Source of the DNA: an uncultured virus (IMG/VR IMGVR_UViG_3300042400_001066)
Lineage: Duplodnaviria; Heunggongvirae; Uroviricota; Caudoviricetes
IMG/VR virus record: IMGVR_UViG_3300042400_001066
Direction: 5' to 3' (one strand)
DNA length: 20,000 nucleotides
Shown: positions 1-8,022 of the stretch, one piece after another
Position numbering within the stretch: position 1 is the stretch's first letter
Layout of the letters: each line of letters opens with the position of its first letter
Program-made: the position numbers and the translations under genes
The notes under the pieces: generated by a model
Database searches by the model: none
What the model saw: only the letters and a program-made list of their open reading frames with translations
Told to the model about the DNA's origin: nothing

Positions 1-482
1 GTTTTATAAATACCTGTAGCATGGCCAGTTTGGTCGTCAAATTTGGTGAAAGATTTTACAGTGTCGAAATACCTTTGAACAGGATCTGATTTTATCATAG
101 CAATTACTTCTTCCGAAATAGGCTCTATCCTGCTTAATAATTCATCTTGTGTACAATGTTTATTGAAATATTTAGAGATGGCATATTGTAGTATACTAAT
201 ATCAAATTCTTCCTCAGACTCTTCTAATCCAAACCATATACATTTATATTTAAAAGACTTAAACGCAGGGTCATCTAAAATATAATCAGCAACACTAAAT
301 AAATATAAGTACTTGGCTAAAGAAGTTTTGCCTACAGAGGTTTCAGCAGTAACACACACAAGTGCCCCTGGAAATATACCACTAAAGGATTTTCTTGTTC
401 CGTTGAATGGCATAGGAATACTATTAATATGTCCTAGTATTAATGAATCCCTGCTCTCTTCTATTACTTTTAAAATATCCAT
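1..482 (-). CDS. DnaB-like (SF4) replicative helicase, N-terminal part; runs off the left edge
   Basis: Manually translated (absent from the ORF track): MDILKVIEESRDSLILGHINSIPMPFNGTRKSFSGIFPGALVCVTAETSVGKTSLAKYLY...CIWFGLEESEEEF. Contains Walker A AETSVGKT and the H1a-like FGLEE. The ATG at 482-480 overlaps the upstream stop (TAATG). Confidence 0.85.
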   Translation of the reverse strand, partial: MDILKVIEESRDSLILGHINSIPMPFNGTRKSFSGIFPGALVCVTAETSVGKTSLAKYLYLFSVADYILDDPAFKSFKYKCIWFGLEESEEEFDISILQYAISKYFNKHCTQDELLSRIEPISEEVIAMIKSDPVQRYFDTVKSFTKFDDQTGHATGIYK

Positions 483-976
483 TAAAATACGAGTTTATCT
501 TGGTCACTAAATATTCCTTCTTTCATTTCATTAATAGTATCTAACAATAAGCTGCCTCCCTCTTTCTCAATAAAATATTGAGCATCCAATGTATAACGAA
601 TATCGTCAGCATTTTGATGATAATAGTTAACAGCGTATAGGATTTCTTCACTAGAAACTTTATACTTTTTCATAAATGATTCTAACTTAGTTATAACTTT
701 ATTTTTAGGACTAAATGCTTTTTTATTTATTCCTTGTAAATTTTGTTTACTAAATAATATCATATATTCATCTAAGAATTGTTCAGAAACAAGAGGTTGA
801 TATTTTTCTCCATTAAGAATAGCTTTACCAAACTCTGTTATTTCAAAATCTAAAGGATTATTAGTATTTATTTTTGTAAGATGTATATTTCTAATAAACC
901 CTTTCTTTATTAAGTATTGGATAATGTTTAATTGGGGAAGATTAATAGCTAATTTTCCCATTTCTTCGTAACTCAT
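482..976 (-). CDS. Hypothetical replication-associated protein, possible N-terminal winged helix
   Basis: 164-aa ORF translationally coupled to the helicase. IIQYLIKKGFI...FEITEFGKAIL resembles a wHTH recognition helix and wing. Confidence 0.6.
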   Translation of the reverse strand: MSYEEMGKLAINLPQLNIIQYLIKKGFIRNIHLTKINTNNPLDFEITEFGKAILNGEKYQPLVSEQFLDEYMILFSKQNLQGINKKAFSPKNKVITKLESFMKKYKVSSEEILYAVNYYHQNADDIRYTLDAQYFIEKEGGSLLLDTINEMKEGIFSDQDKLVF

Positions 977-1002
977 ATTCCCTTTGTTTTAAAAAACTTC
1001 TG

Positions 1003-1032
1003 CAAAATTAATATATTTTTTTCAAATGTCAA
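1003..1032 (-). promoter_or_regulatory. Bacteroidota sigma70-type promoter (-33 TTG / -7 TAnnTTTG)
   Basis: Minus strand reads TTG-N19-TAATTTTG-CA, just upstream of the 482..976 ORF. Confidence 0.65.
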
Positions 1033-1444
1033 GCGTTATTTTACTTTTTTCTGTAAATTTTTTGTGACAATCTTTACAAAGCACCTCTAGCTTGTTTAGA
1101 TCCTCTACGAATAACCTATCGTGGAATGGTTTTATTTCGGAGTAATCCCTTAAACTACCACAGGGCTCAATGTGATTTACTTCTACATCTTTTTTTAAGA
1201 ACATTTTTTTACAATGATTGCATTGCCATTTTTTTAACAAGGCAGAATAAGCCCTTTTAAGTATCTCTTTTCTAAAAGGACAAGAGTATAACCACCTCTG
1301 TCTTAAAAAAGCTCTAATGGCACCAAAAAAAGCTGATTTGGTCATTGTACCTCCACAATATTCTCTCACTACTCTAGGATTAACTACCTTTTTCTTTTTT
1401 CTAGGAGTTGTGGTGTTGGATTTTTTTACTGTCTTTCTTCTCAT
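1022..1444 (-). CDS. Zn-binding HNH endonuclease
   Basis: CNHC...VEVNHIEP...LEVLCKDCHKKFT: two CxxC pairs flanking a beta-beta-alpha-Me motif, with a basic N-terminus. Confidence 0.85.
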   Translation of the reverse strand: MRRKTVKKSNTTTPRKKKKVVNPRVVREYCGGTMTKSAFFGAIRAFLRQRWLYSCPFRKEILKRAYSALLKKWQCNHCKKMFLKKDVEVNHIEPCGSLRDYSEIKPFHDRLFVEDLNKLEVLCKDCHKKFTEKSKITLDI

Positions 1445-1459
1445 AACTTTAAATTTAAT

Positions 1460-3490
1460 TTATTTGGCTTCATACCATGATTTTCCAATATTACTTTCAG
1501 CACTCATAAATAGTGTAGGGTTGGTGAGAAATATATTACCCCCCTCTATCATACTTTTTTCCAGTATTCTAGCATATTTTTCTGATAGGAGAGTCTCAGT
1601 TTCCAAAACTATCTCATCATGTATTACATTAGCTATTCTCGCTTTCCAATAGTCATTGTTTTTTTCAATTTCATTAAATAACAATACTGTAGCCATTTTA
1701 GTTTGATGGGCAGCAGTGCCTTGTGTAGGAGCATTTAAGCATAGTCTCATATACTGAGATTTTAAACTGAAATAATCCTTCATCATAAGTTTATTTGCAT
1801 TAAAGCAATTGTAAGCCCCCATATCTGATATTACATACGAACTCCCTTTATCTTTAGCTTTCTCAAATTTCAGATTTTCTTGCTTACCCACTCTATATTT
1901 ATTCCAAAAATCTCTATCCATATTTGAAATCTTCTCATCAAGGTCTTTGAAAATATCAAACATTGGTAGCTTTAATTTAAATCCCATTGCATATTGAATA
2001 TACCCAAATTCTAAAGCTTCCTTTAGCTTATTTTCCCCATAAGAGTACACTCCATTATGTAATTCTTTGAATAATTTTTCAATACGTTCTCCTTCCTCTA
2101 TAGATAATCCTTCATTCTCTGCTAAAGTAAATCCAGTGCCTCCAAATTGGAAACAAAACCTAGGTGCTTTAGAAGCATTTCGCTTGGCTTTATGGGTTTT
2201 AATAATTTCTTCGTCAGAAAGATCTAATAATTCAGGGTAGAGAACTCTAGCAAAGGCACAGTGTAAGTCCTTTCCTTCCACTATAGAAGAAATCATGGCT
2301 TGGTCTCCAGTAATATCAGCCCCTACAACTGTTTCTTGCCCTGCGTAGTCAGCTACAATAATGTCAAATCCTTCATTTGCCACGAAACATTCTCTTGTTT
2401 CTTTATTGGAAGGGAAATTCAAAAAGTTTATCTCTCCCTTTCTTGAAGATAGTCTAGCAGTGTCTACTATCGGTTTGAAGTGGGTGTATATTCTTCCATC
2501 CCTTATTTTAGAATAAATACCCTCTCCAAAAGTAGTTACATTATGCTCCACTTCTTTATATTTAAGCCACATTTTTACAAACTCATGATTTGACTTAGCT
2601 ATAACTCCTTTTTCTAAACTTTCTTTTATCTCTCCTTTTTCTTTATAAGTGACATTTATACCTAAATCTTTAAACACTTCTATCATTTGTTTAGGAGAAC
2701 TTAATAGGCAATTTACTTTCCTTTCGTTGCTAAACATATCCATCTGTAAAACTCTATATTTAGGCAGGGTGTCAAAAATATAATCAATTATTTCTCTCTC
2801 ACATTTTTTGTATTGGGAATAATCTTTATCCATTTTTGCTTTCCACCTATCCTTTGATATTGGAAGTCCGCATAACTCCATATATGTAAGTGCCCTGATA
2901 TGTCTACAATGCAATTTATAAGAATCTATGGCTTCATAATCTTTTAATTTAATCACTAAATCATTGTGTAACTCTAATAGTCTATCAACATCATTAAAGC
3001 AATATTGAATTGTGGATGGCTGCGATAACTGAACTCTAGCAATATTAGCTTGTTCTGTTTTGTCGTATATAACCCCTAGCTCTCTTTGCATACAATTCTT
3101 AAAAGAATGTGATACTCCGAATTCTCCATTGTGTAGAATCATAGATGCCAACATCGTATCTCCCACTTTTTTAGGGAAGTAATTCTTGATAAAGAAGAAA
3201 CTCAAATCGAAGGCACTATTATGAAATATCATAACCTTATCCAATATAAAAGGCATAACTTCCTCTAAATTAATTATATTCTCTTTATGTGTCTGCAAAT
3301 CAATTAGATAATTATTTGTCCCTGTTCCTATTTGAATGGCAAAAATTTCTCCTTCAAAAGCAGAGAGGGAAGTAGTCTCTGTATCTACCGCTATTATTTC
3401 AGGAAGCACCATGTCTTCAAGATTACAGTAACTATACTCCCCTATTTTTTGGAAAAAGGATTTGTTTTTTGTGATTATGTGGTTTGTCAT
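1460..3490 (-). CDS. polA: Family A DNA polymerase with 3'-5' exonuclease domain and no 5'-3' exonuclease
   Basis: ExoI VDTETT, ExoII HNSAFD, ExoIII YCFND; TARLSS; motif A DYAGQE; motif B RNASKAPRFCFQFG; NAPTQGTAA; motif C IHDEIV. Confidence 0.96.
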   Translation of the reverse strand: MTNHIITKNKSFFQKIGEYSYCNLEDMVLPEIIAVDTETTSLSAFEGEIFAIQIGTGTNNYLIDLQTHKENIINLEEVMPFILDKVMIFHNSAFDLSFFFIKNYFPKKVGDTMLASMILHNGEFGVSHSFKNCMQRELGVIYDKTEQANIARVQLSQPSTIQYCFNDVDRLLELHNDLVIKLKDYEAIDSYKLHCRHIRALTYMELCGLPISKDRWKAKMDKDYSQYKKCEREIIDYIFDTLPKYRVLQMDMFSNERKVNCLLSSPKQMIEVFKDLGINVTYKEKGEIKESLEKGVIAKSNHEFVKMWLKYKEVEHNVTTFGEGIYSKIRDGRIYTHFKPIVDTARLSSRKGEINFLNFPSNKETRECFVANEGFDIIVADYAGQETVVGADITGDQAMISSIVEGKDLHCAFARVLYPELLDLSDEEIIKTHKAKRNASKAPRFCFQFGGTGFTLAENEGLSIEEGERIEKLFKELHNGVYSYGENKLKEALEFGYIQYAMGFKLKLPMFDIFKDLDEKISNMDRDFWNKYRVGKQENLKFEKAKDKGSSYVISDMGAYNCFNANKLMMKDYFSLKSQYMRLCLNAPTQGTAAHQTKMATVLLFNEIEKNNDYWKARIANVIHDEIVLETETLLSEKYARILEKSMIEGGNIFLTNPTLFMSAESNIGKSWYEAK

Positions 3491-4366
3491 TTAGAAAAAA
3501 GTTAAGGTATCTTCTTCAGGGATTTCTTGCCAATCATTTTCAATGTACTTGTCAATCTTATCCAAAGTTTCTTCTAAAATACGTTTACCTTCCATCTCGT
3601 CTTTATAAGATAGGGGGTATACTAGCACACTATCTACTTTGGTAGAATTGCATACCACCCAATGAAAAGTTTTTAGTACATAATGGTTCAAATCATTTTT
3701 CTCCATCCAGTCTTCCACCCCTTTTGTATACAAAGCCCCCTGTAAGTGATACAAATATTTTTGCACACTATCAGGAAATTTCGGAGGGTAGCTGCTGGAT
3801 TTCAAATCAGTGATAATAATCTCTTGTCTATCATGATCTACTTTTAAATAATCTGTCTTTATAAAAAAGTTATATCCTCTGTATTGAAAACTCCACTCAA
3901 ACTGAGCCTTACCATTACTGAATAAATAGGTGGCTTCTCTATCTTTTAGCACATTATTGGCAATAGAGGTTCCTAATTCAAAATTAGGTTTTAGAAACTT
4001 ACCTTTTGGATTTTTTGCATATTCAATATATTCAGGAAACTCCAGAACGGATTCTTTTATTTTCTCAAAATTCTTAGATTTCACATCTAATATACCGCAA
4101 ACCTTTTCTAAGTTTTCCATAGAAAGATCATAGTTATACTCCTCTGTAAAAATATTTTCAATAATAGCCTTAATTTGAGGCTTTGGAATAGAAATATCTA
4201 TAATAGTTTCAGTGATAGGCTCATCAAAAACTATCTTATCTATAATAGACCCTTTCTCTAAAGCATTATTTCTTTTATATACAGGGTTTAAAAATCCTTG
4301 TACTCCTTCTTTTATAAGTCTAGTGAGAGAACTATAACTTAATCTGTCTTTTTCTTTATTAAACAT
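3491..4366 (-). CDS. PD-(D/E)XK nuclease, RecE/exonuclease VIII (DUF3799)-like
   Basis: LSYSSL, ALEKGSIID, KTDYL, ITDLKSSS, YHLQGALY. The stop abuts the polA start (TAAATG). Confidence 0.8.
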   Translation of the reverse strand: MFNKEKDRLSYSSLTRLIKEGVQGFLNPVYKRNNALEKGSIIDKIVFDEPITETIIDISIPKPQIKAIIENIFTEEYNYDLSMENLEKVCGILDVKSKNFEKIKESVLEFPEYIEYAKNPKGKFLKPNFELGTSIANNVLKDREATYLFSNGKAQFEWSFQYRGYNFFIKTDYLKVDHDRQEIIITDLKSSSYPPKFPDSVQKYLYHLQGALYTKGVEDWMEKNDLNHYVLKTFHWVVCNSTKVDSVLVYPLSYKDEMEGKRILEETLDKIDKYIENDWQEIPEEDTLTFF

Positions 4367-4469
4367 GTTTATTTTTTTTTAAATGGACAATAATTTTTAT
4401 ATTTATTATTTCAGTATTTATTGGCATTTAAGTTTAATTTGTGTTACAAAAATTTCGTAAAGCATCGAG

Positions 4470-4676
4470 TTATGGAACAGATTGCCTTGAGCCACATTTA
4501 TCACAATATCGACTTGCAGGAAATCCGAAATGGTCATACATATCAACAAGCCAATCGTGTTGGCAATCCGATTCCATAACATCAAATAAACGCAATATGA
4601 GTTCGTGCGCTTCTTGAAGTGTTATCTCACCATCATCCATCTGGCATAGTATCAAATATGTTTCTGTTGCTTTCAT
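4470..4676 (-). CDS. Small protein with C-terminal CxH...CxxC Zn-ribbon-like module
   Basis: 68-aa ORF containing CQHDW...YCDKCG. It starts inside the attC-like hairpin. Confidence 0.65.
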   Translation of the reverse strand: MKATETYLILCQMDDGEITLQEAHELILRLFDVMESDCQHDWLVDMYDHFGFPASRYCDKCGSRQSVP

Positions 4677-4703
4677 ACTGCGTTTATTTGCGTTCCGTTA
4701 TAC
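4574..4703 (-). repeat. attC-like imperfect inverted repeat (130 bp)
   Basis: Minus strand: GTATAAC-GGAACG-CAAATAAACGCAGTATGA...TCATATTGCGTTTATTTG-AT-GTTATGG. The 18-nt arms (4673-4690 and 4583-4600) have one mismatch and are bounded by TAAC/GTTA core-like sites. Confidence 0.6.
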
Positions 4704-5030
4704 CACATTTTCCCAATCATCCATATCCTCCATTATTTCAATTTTTCCTTGTCCTTGTTCTATTATTTTATTTAAAATATCTAATCCATAAGAAGTTGCT
4801 GTTCCATATCCCTTCTTATGGCACTTATAACAACTTCCGCTAAAGCCAATAAAATAATAGAAGTCCTCGTCTTGCTCTACTTTATTGATTCCAGAGTTTA
4901 ATTTCCATCTGTCACCGTCAAGATAGCCACCAGACCAAGTTCCAAAAACTTTATAGTAGTTGTTTGGGAGTTTTAATATAACCCATCGTTCAGGTTTTTC
5001 GCTTATATTTCTATTCAAACAGTTATGCAC
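4698..5030 (-). CDS. Conserved phage hypothetical protein (start uncertain)
   Basis: PERWVILK...YKVFGTWSGGYLDGDRWKLNSGI...GFSGSCYKC pattern recalled from widespread phage hypotheticals. The annotated start is GTG. Confidence 0.7.
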   Translation of the reverse strand: MHNCLNRNISEKPERWVILKLPNNYYKVFGTWSGGYLDGDRWKLNSGINKVEQDEDFYYFIGFSGSCYKCHKKGYGTATSYGLDILNKIIEQGQGKIEIMEDMDDWENVV

Positions 5031-5289
5031 TAGCTTTATTCAATGACTTTAAATTGTACTGCTCTGGCATTTTTTTTGCCTTTACTAACTTATAATACCA
5101 TATAGCAACGCCATCTTTGTACCCCTCTAAAATAGTATCTATTTTCCATTCAAATGAACGTCTTAGTGCCATTACCCTTGCTCCTACGTTGTTTGCTTTA
5201 CATTTTTTTTTCATGTCATGAATGTAGCTTTTTTTGTTTTCCTTTAAATACTCTGCTACTAAGTAAGTAGAATTTAATTGCTTTTTCAT
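5023..5289 (-). CDS. Putative winged helix-turn-helix DNA-binding protein (HTH_39-like)
   Basis: Start re-set to MKKQLNSTY (ATG 5289) because the longer ORF overlaps the tRNA-like element. Contains the pattern VGARVMALRRSFEWKIDT...WYYKL. Confidence 0.55.
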   Translation of the reverse strand: MKKQLNSTYLVAEYLKENKKSYIHDMKKKCKANNVGARVMALRRSFEWKIDTILEGYKDGVAIWYYKLVKAKKMPEQYNLKSLNKASA

Positions 5290-5317
5290 TCTTTTATAAT
5301 TTAATGGGTTAAAAATT

Positions 5318-5413
5318 GAGTCAGAACAGGATTCGAACCTGTATTGTGTATGCTTGCACATTACATCATTCACATTCATTAGTGAATAGCGTCTACCATT
5401 CCGCCACCTGACT
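5318..5413 (-). tRNA. tRNA-Leu-like RNA with non-canonical anticodon arm (pseudo-tRNA or tRNA mimic)
   Basis: Acceptor stem AGTCAGG/TCTGACT; D arm GCG-GAATGGTAGA-CGC; T arm ACAGG-TTCGAAT-CCTGT; long variable region. No canonical 5-bp/7-nt anticodon arm and no encoded CCA. Confidence 0.75.
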
Positions 5414-5418
5414 ATTTT

Positions 5419-5538
5419 TTATGTAAACAGGTACAATAGGATTAGTATAAAAGGTATTAGAACGTAAAATCCAACTGGGTCGAACGGATAAAGTACTTCT
5501 TCTATTTTCCTATGTGTATTAATAAACATCTTTTTCAT
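5419..5538 (-). CDS. Small membrane protein (39 aa)
   Basis: Manually translated: MKKMFINTHRKIEEVLYPFDPVGFYVLIPFILILLYLFT. Hydrophobic C-terminus and A-rich leader. Confidence 0.55.
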   Translation of the reverse strand: MKKMFINTHRKIEEVLYPFDPVGFYVLIPFILILLYLFT

Positions 5539-5572
5539 TCTTTTAGTTTTTAGTTGGTTAATTTATTGGAAA

Positions 5573-5854
5573 TTAATTTTTAAATAATTCATTTATATTT
5601 TTTGCAGATTCAAAATCATTCATTGAATTAGCAAATTCCTCAAGAACTCCTTTTGGTGTGAAACATATAGTTACATCGTATACTTTATTATTGCACCCTA
5701 CTTCTGCTAAATATGCAGTTAATCCATTTTCAGGAAGTTCAGTTTCTTTTGCAATATCCATAAAAACATTCATTGTTTTTATTGTCAATACTTTACTCAT
5801 GTCTTCTTGACTATTTATTTTTTTATTACCTGTGAATTTTTCTACTTTACTCAT
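5573..5854 (-). CDS. Hypothetical protein
   Basis: 93-aa ORF tightly packed behind the SF2 helicase. Confidence 0.7.
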   Translation of the reverse strand: MSKVEKFTGNKKINSQEDMSKVLTIKTMNVFMDIAKETELPENGLTAYLAEVGCNNKVYDVTICFTPKGVLEEFANSMNDFESAKNINELFKN

Positions 5855-5855
5855 A

Positions 5856-6917
5856 TTATTTTTTATTTTTACTAAGGTTAACTACTGCAATCTTATCTTT
5901 AAATTTATCCATACCATTCAACACCCACTTTTCTTCTAAAGTTCCTTCAGCTACTAAGAAATATATAAAACTTTTCTCATGTACTGCTATCCTGCAAAAT
6001 CTTCCGATAAGTTGTTCTTTTGATGAAGGAGAGCTATCTATTCCTAGCACAAATCCATACTTTAAATTTGGTATACTAACGGATTCTTTTAGGATTCCTA
6101 CATTTACTAGTCTACCTGATTCAGAGTGATAGAACTCATCATAGTTTTTCTTCTTAGTTTTATTATCCATAGAAGAATTAAACTGAGAAAACCCAAAACT
6201 AGCACCTTGCTCAATACTTCCTGCATATATTAATAACTTTTTATCCGAAAATTTCTCATTAATTAGTCTATTAGCTAGAGCCACTTTGCTAGGTAATGTA
6301 TTTAAGAACTGCTTCAGTTTGCCTAATTCAGGAGGGTAGGATTCATTATATGGAGATGTTAAATAATTTTTGTGATGATAATCATAAACACTTTTTTCTT
6401 CAGGAGTCATCTTATACTTAACCACTACCATTTGAAAATTATTCAATAAATTATTATCAATAGCATTATTGATAAGGTAGGAATAACAAATAGGAAAGTA
6501 TTTGTGAATTTCATGAGTATTGCTTGGAGTACCTGTAAGTCCTAGAATAGATACCGCAGGGTTTATTCTCATAAGTCTCAAACAATTTTCCAATATAAGA
6601 TCTTTTTCCTTGTGCATTTCATCTATAATAATCAAATCGTACTTTTCGTTGTAATTTTTCAAAGATTTATTGCATATAAAGGTAATGTTATTTTCCAAAC
6701 AACCCCATTTAGTTAATTCATCTTTAAAGTTTTTAATATAAATTTGTCTTGCACCACTAAATAAAATTTTACAATAAGGGTTAGTGCTTCTGTAGTGTTT
6801 AATAATATCAATAGCACACTTTGTCTTTCCCATTCCTACTGCTAGAGCAATAGTGGATCTTCTATCTTTAGAGGATAGGAAAGCGTTCACTGCTTTTTCC
6901 TGGACTTCTGCTTTCAT
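5856..6917 (-). CDS. Superfamily 2 (DExH) helicase
   Basis: Motif I AVGMGKT, II DEMH, III TGT, V LKESVSIP, VI QLIGRFCR. Confidence 0.92.
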   Translation of the reverse strand: MKAEVQEKAVNAFLSSKDRRSTIALAVGMGKTKCAIDIIKHYRSTNPYCKILFSGARQIYIKNFKDELTKWGCLENNITFICNKSLKNYNEKYDLIIIDEMHKEKDLILENCLRLMRINPAVSILGLTGTPSNTHEIHKYFPICYSYLINNAIDNNLLNNFQMVVVKYKMTPEEKSVYDYHHKNYLTSPYNESYPPELGKLKQFLNTLPSKVALANRLINEKFSDKKLLIYAGSIEQGASFGFSQFNSSMDNKTKKKNYDEFYHSESGRLVNVGILKESVSIPNLKYGFVLGIDSSPSSKEQLIGRFCRIAVHEKSFIYFLVAEGTLEEKWVLNGMDKFKDKIAVVNLSKNKK

Positions 6918-7153
6918 AGGTAAAATTCACAATCTTCTTTTACTTCTATTTTTTTGTCTTGACTAAAATCAGATGCAAATATAGGCTCTTCACTTTGCCT
7001 ATCATAAAGATAGTTTTGTAGCCTAGCACAATCTCTAGCAGGGCAATCTACAGAAATACATCTTGAATAGTCTTTTGGAAGCAAGTAGGAAGGCTTGGGT
7101 ATAATTACTATGCCGTCTCCGCCCTCTGGGCAATTATCTATTTTTTTTGTCAT
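6914..7153 (-). CDS. Small Cys-rich hypothetical protein
   Basis: C-x4-CP-x3-C-x-R...C pattern; ATGA overlap with the helicase start. Confidence 0.65.
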   Translation of the reverse strand: MTKKIDNCPEGGDGIVIIPKPSYLLPKDYSRCISVDCPARDCARLQNYLYDRQSEEPIFASDFSQDKKIEVKEDCEFYL

Positions 7154-7183
7154 TTTAATTTAATTTTAAGGGTGATAATTTAT

Positions 7184-7822
7184 TTATTTGTAATAAGGTA
7201 GTCTATAATGTATAACTCCGCCTGTGTATTCTTTATGTACTAATTGCCAATCTTTATACTTTTCGAATAAAAAATCTAAATAAATACACATAATTTTTAC
7301 TTGTTTTTCTTCAGAATATCTATTTAAAATATCCATTCCACCTCTTTTACACATAGCAGTCCAGGTACCATCTATAAATTGGAACATACCTTTAGCAGAA
7401 GAACTAGAGTTTTTAGCGTTTAAATTTAACCTAGACTCTTTAAATGCAATATACCATAATAAATTATGAGGACAATGATGCTTATCTATCAAACTTTTGT
7501 GGGTAAAATACAAATAATTCAATCTTTTTTCTTCTTTTAGAGTTAATTTAAGGGGCAAACTTCTTCTGAAATCCGTATATTCAGTGGCACTATCTTGGCT
7601 TTTTACCTCTAAATGCTTAATAGTTTTTTCTTTTTGCTTCAATATGTTTAACATATTTGTATATTTCAAATTTACTGAAACATTATTAGAAAGTAATCCT
7701 GCTATTATTAGCATATTTAAAATTAAAGATAGGTATAGTCCGTTAATCCATTTGCCTTTTTTAAAGGTGAGTGAATCCCTATCATAATAGTACAATTTTG
7801 TTTTATTTAATGATAATTTCAT
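7184..7822 (-). CDS. Membrane-anchored lytic transglycosylase (SLT/lysozyme-like domain)
   Basis: IAFKES (catalytic Glu), AKNSSSSAKGMFQFIDGTW, and an N-terminal TM helix (WINGLYLSLILNMLIIAGLL) followed by a coiled coil. Confidence 0.85.
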   Translation of the reverse strand: MKLSLNKTKLYYYDRDSLTFKKGKWINGLYLSLILNMLIIAGLLSNNVSVNLKYTNMLNILKQKEKTIKHLEVKSQDSATEYTDFRRSLPLKLTLKEEKRLNYLYFTHKSLIDKHHCPHNLLWYIAFKESRLNLNAKNSSSSAKGMFQFIDGTWTAMCKRGGMDILNRYSEEKQVKIMCIYLDFLFEKYKDWQLVHKEYTGGVIHYRLPYYK

Positions 7823-7839
7823 AAATTAGTTTTTGATTG

Positions 7840-7989
7840 TTAATTTATATTATGGGGGTATAGCCCCATAAATGTTGCACTGGGGTATTCTTGTCTCCAC
7901 TTATTAAAGGCTTCACAAACATCGCCTTCGTATGTTTTACCTTTGCTGAATAAATCTTGTTTGTTAAGTTTAAATACTATATGTATCAT
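7840..7989 (-). CDS. Hypothetical protein (49 aa)
   Basis: Manually translated: MIHIVFKLNKQDLFSKGKTYEGDVCEAFNKWRQEYPSATFMGLYPHNIN. It fills the gap on the coding strand. Confidence 0.55.
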   Translation of the reverse strand: MIHIVFKLNKQDLFSKGKTYEGDVCEAFNKWRQEYPSATFMGLYPHNIN

Positions 7990-8022
7990 AATTATAATTT
8001 CTTTATTTCGTTTGGTTCTATA

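Noticed and set aside
1748..1963. Intein or intron in polA
   Set aside because: No C/S...HN splice junctions or homing-endonuclease motifs are present, the reading frame is continuous, and the segment is too short.
5290..5379. N-terminal extension of ORF 5023..5379
   Set aside because: It overlaps the tRNA-like element. ATG 5289 has a typical A-rich leader.
7850..7871. Hairpin ttatgggg-gtatag-ccccataa as an intrinsic terminator
   Set aside because: It lies within the 3' end of a small ORF and lacks a following U-tract on the coding strand.
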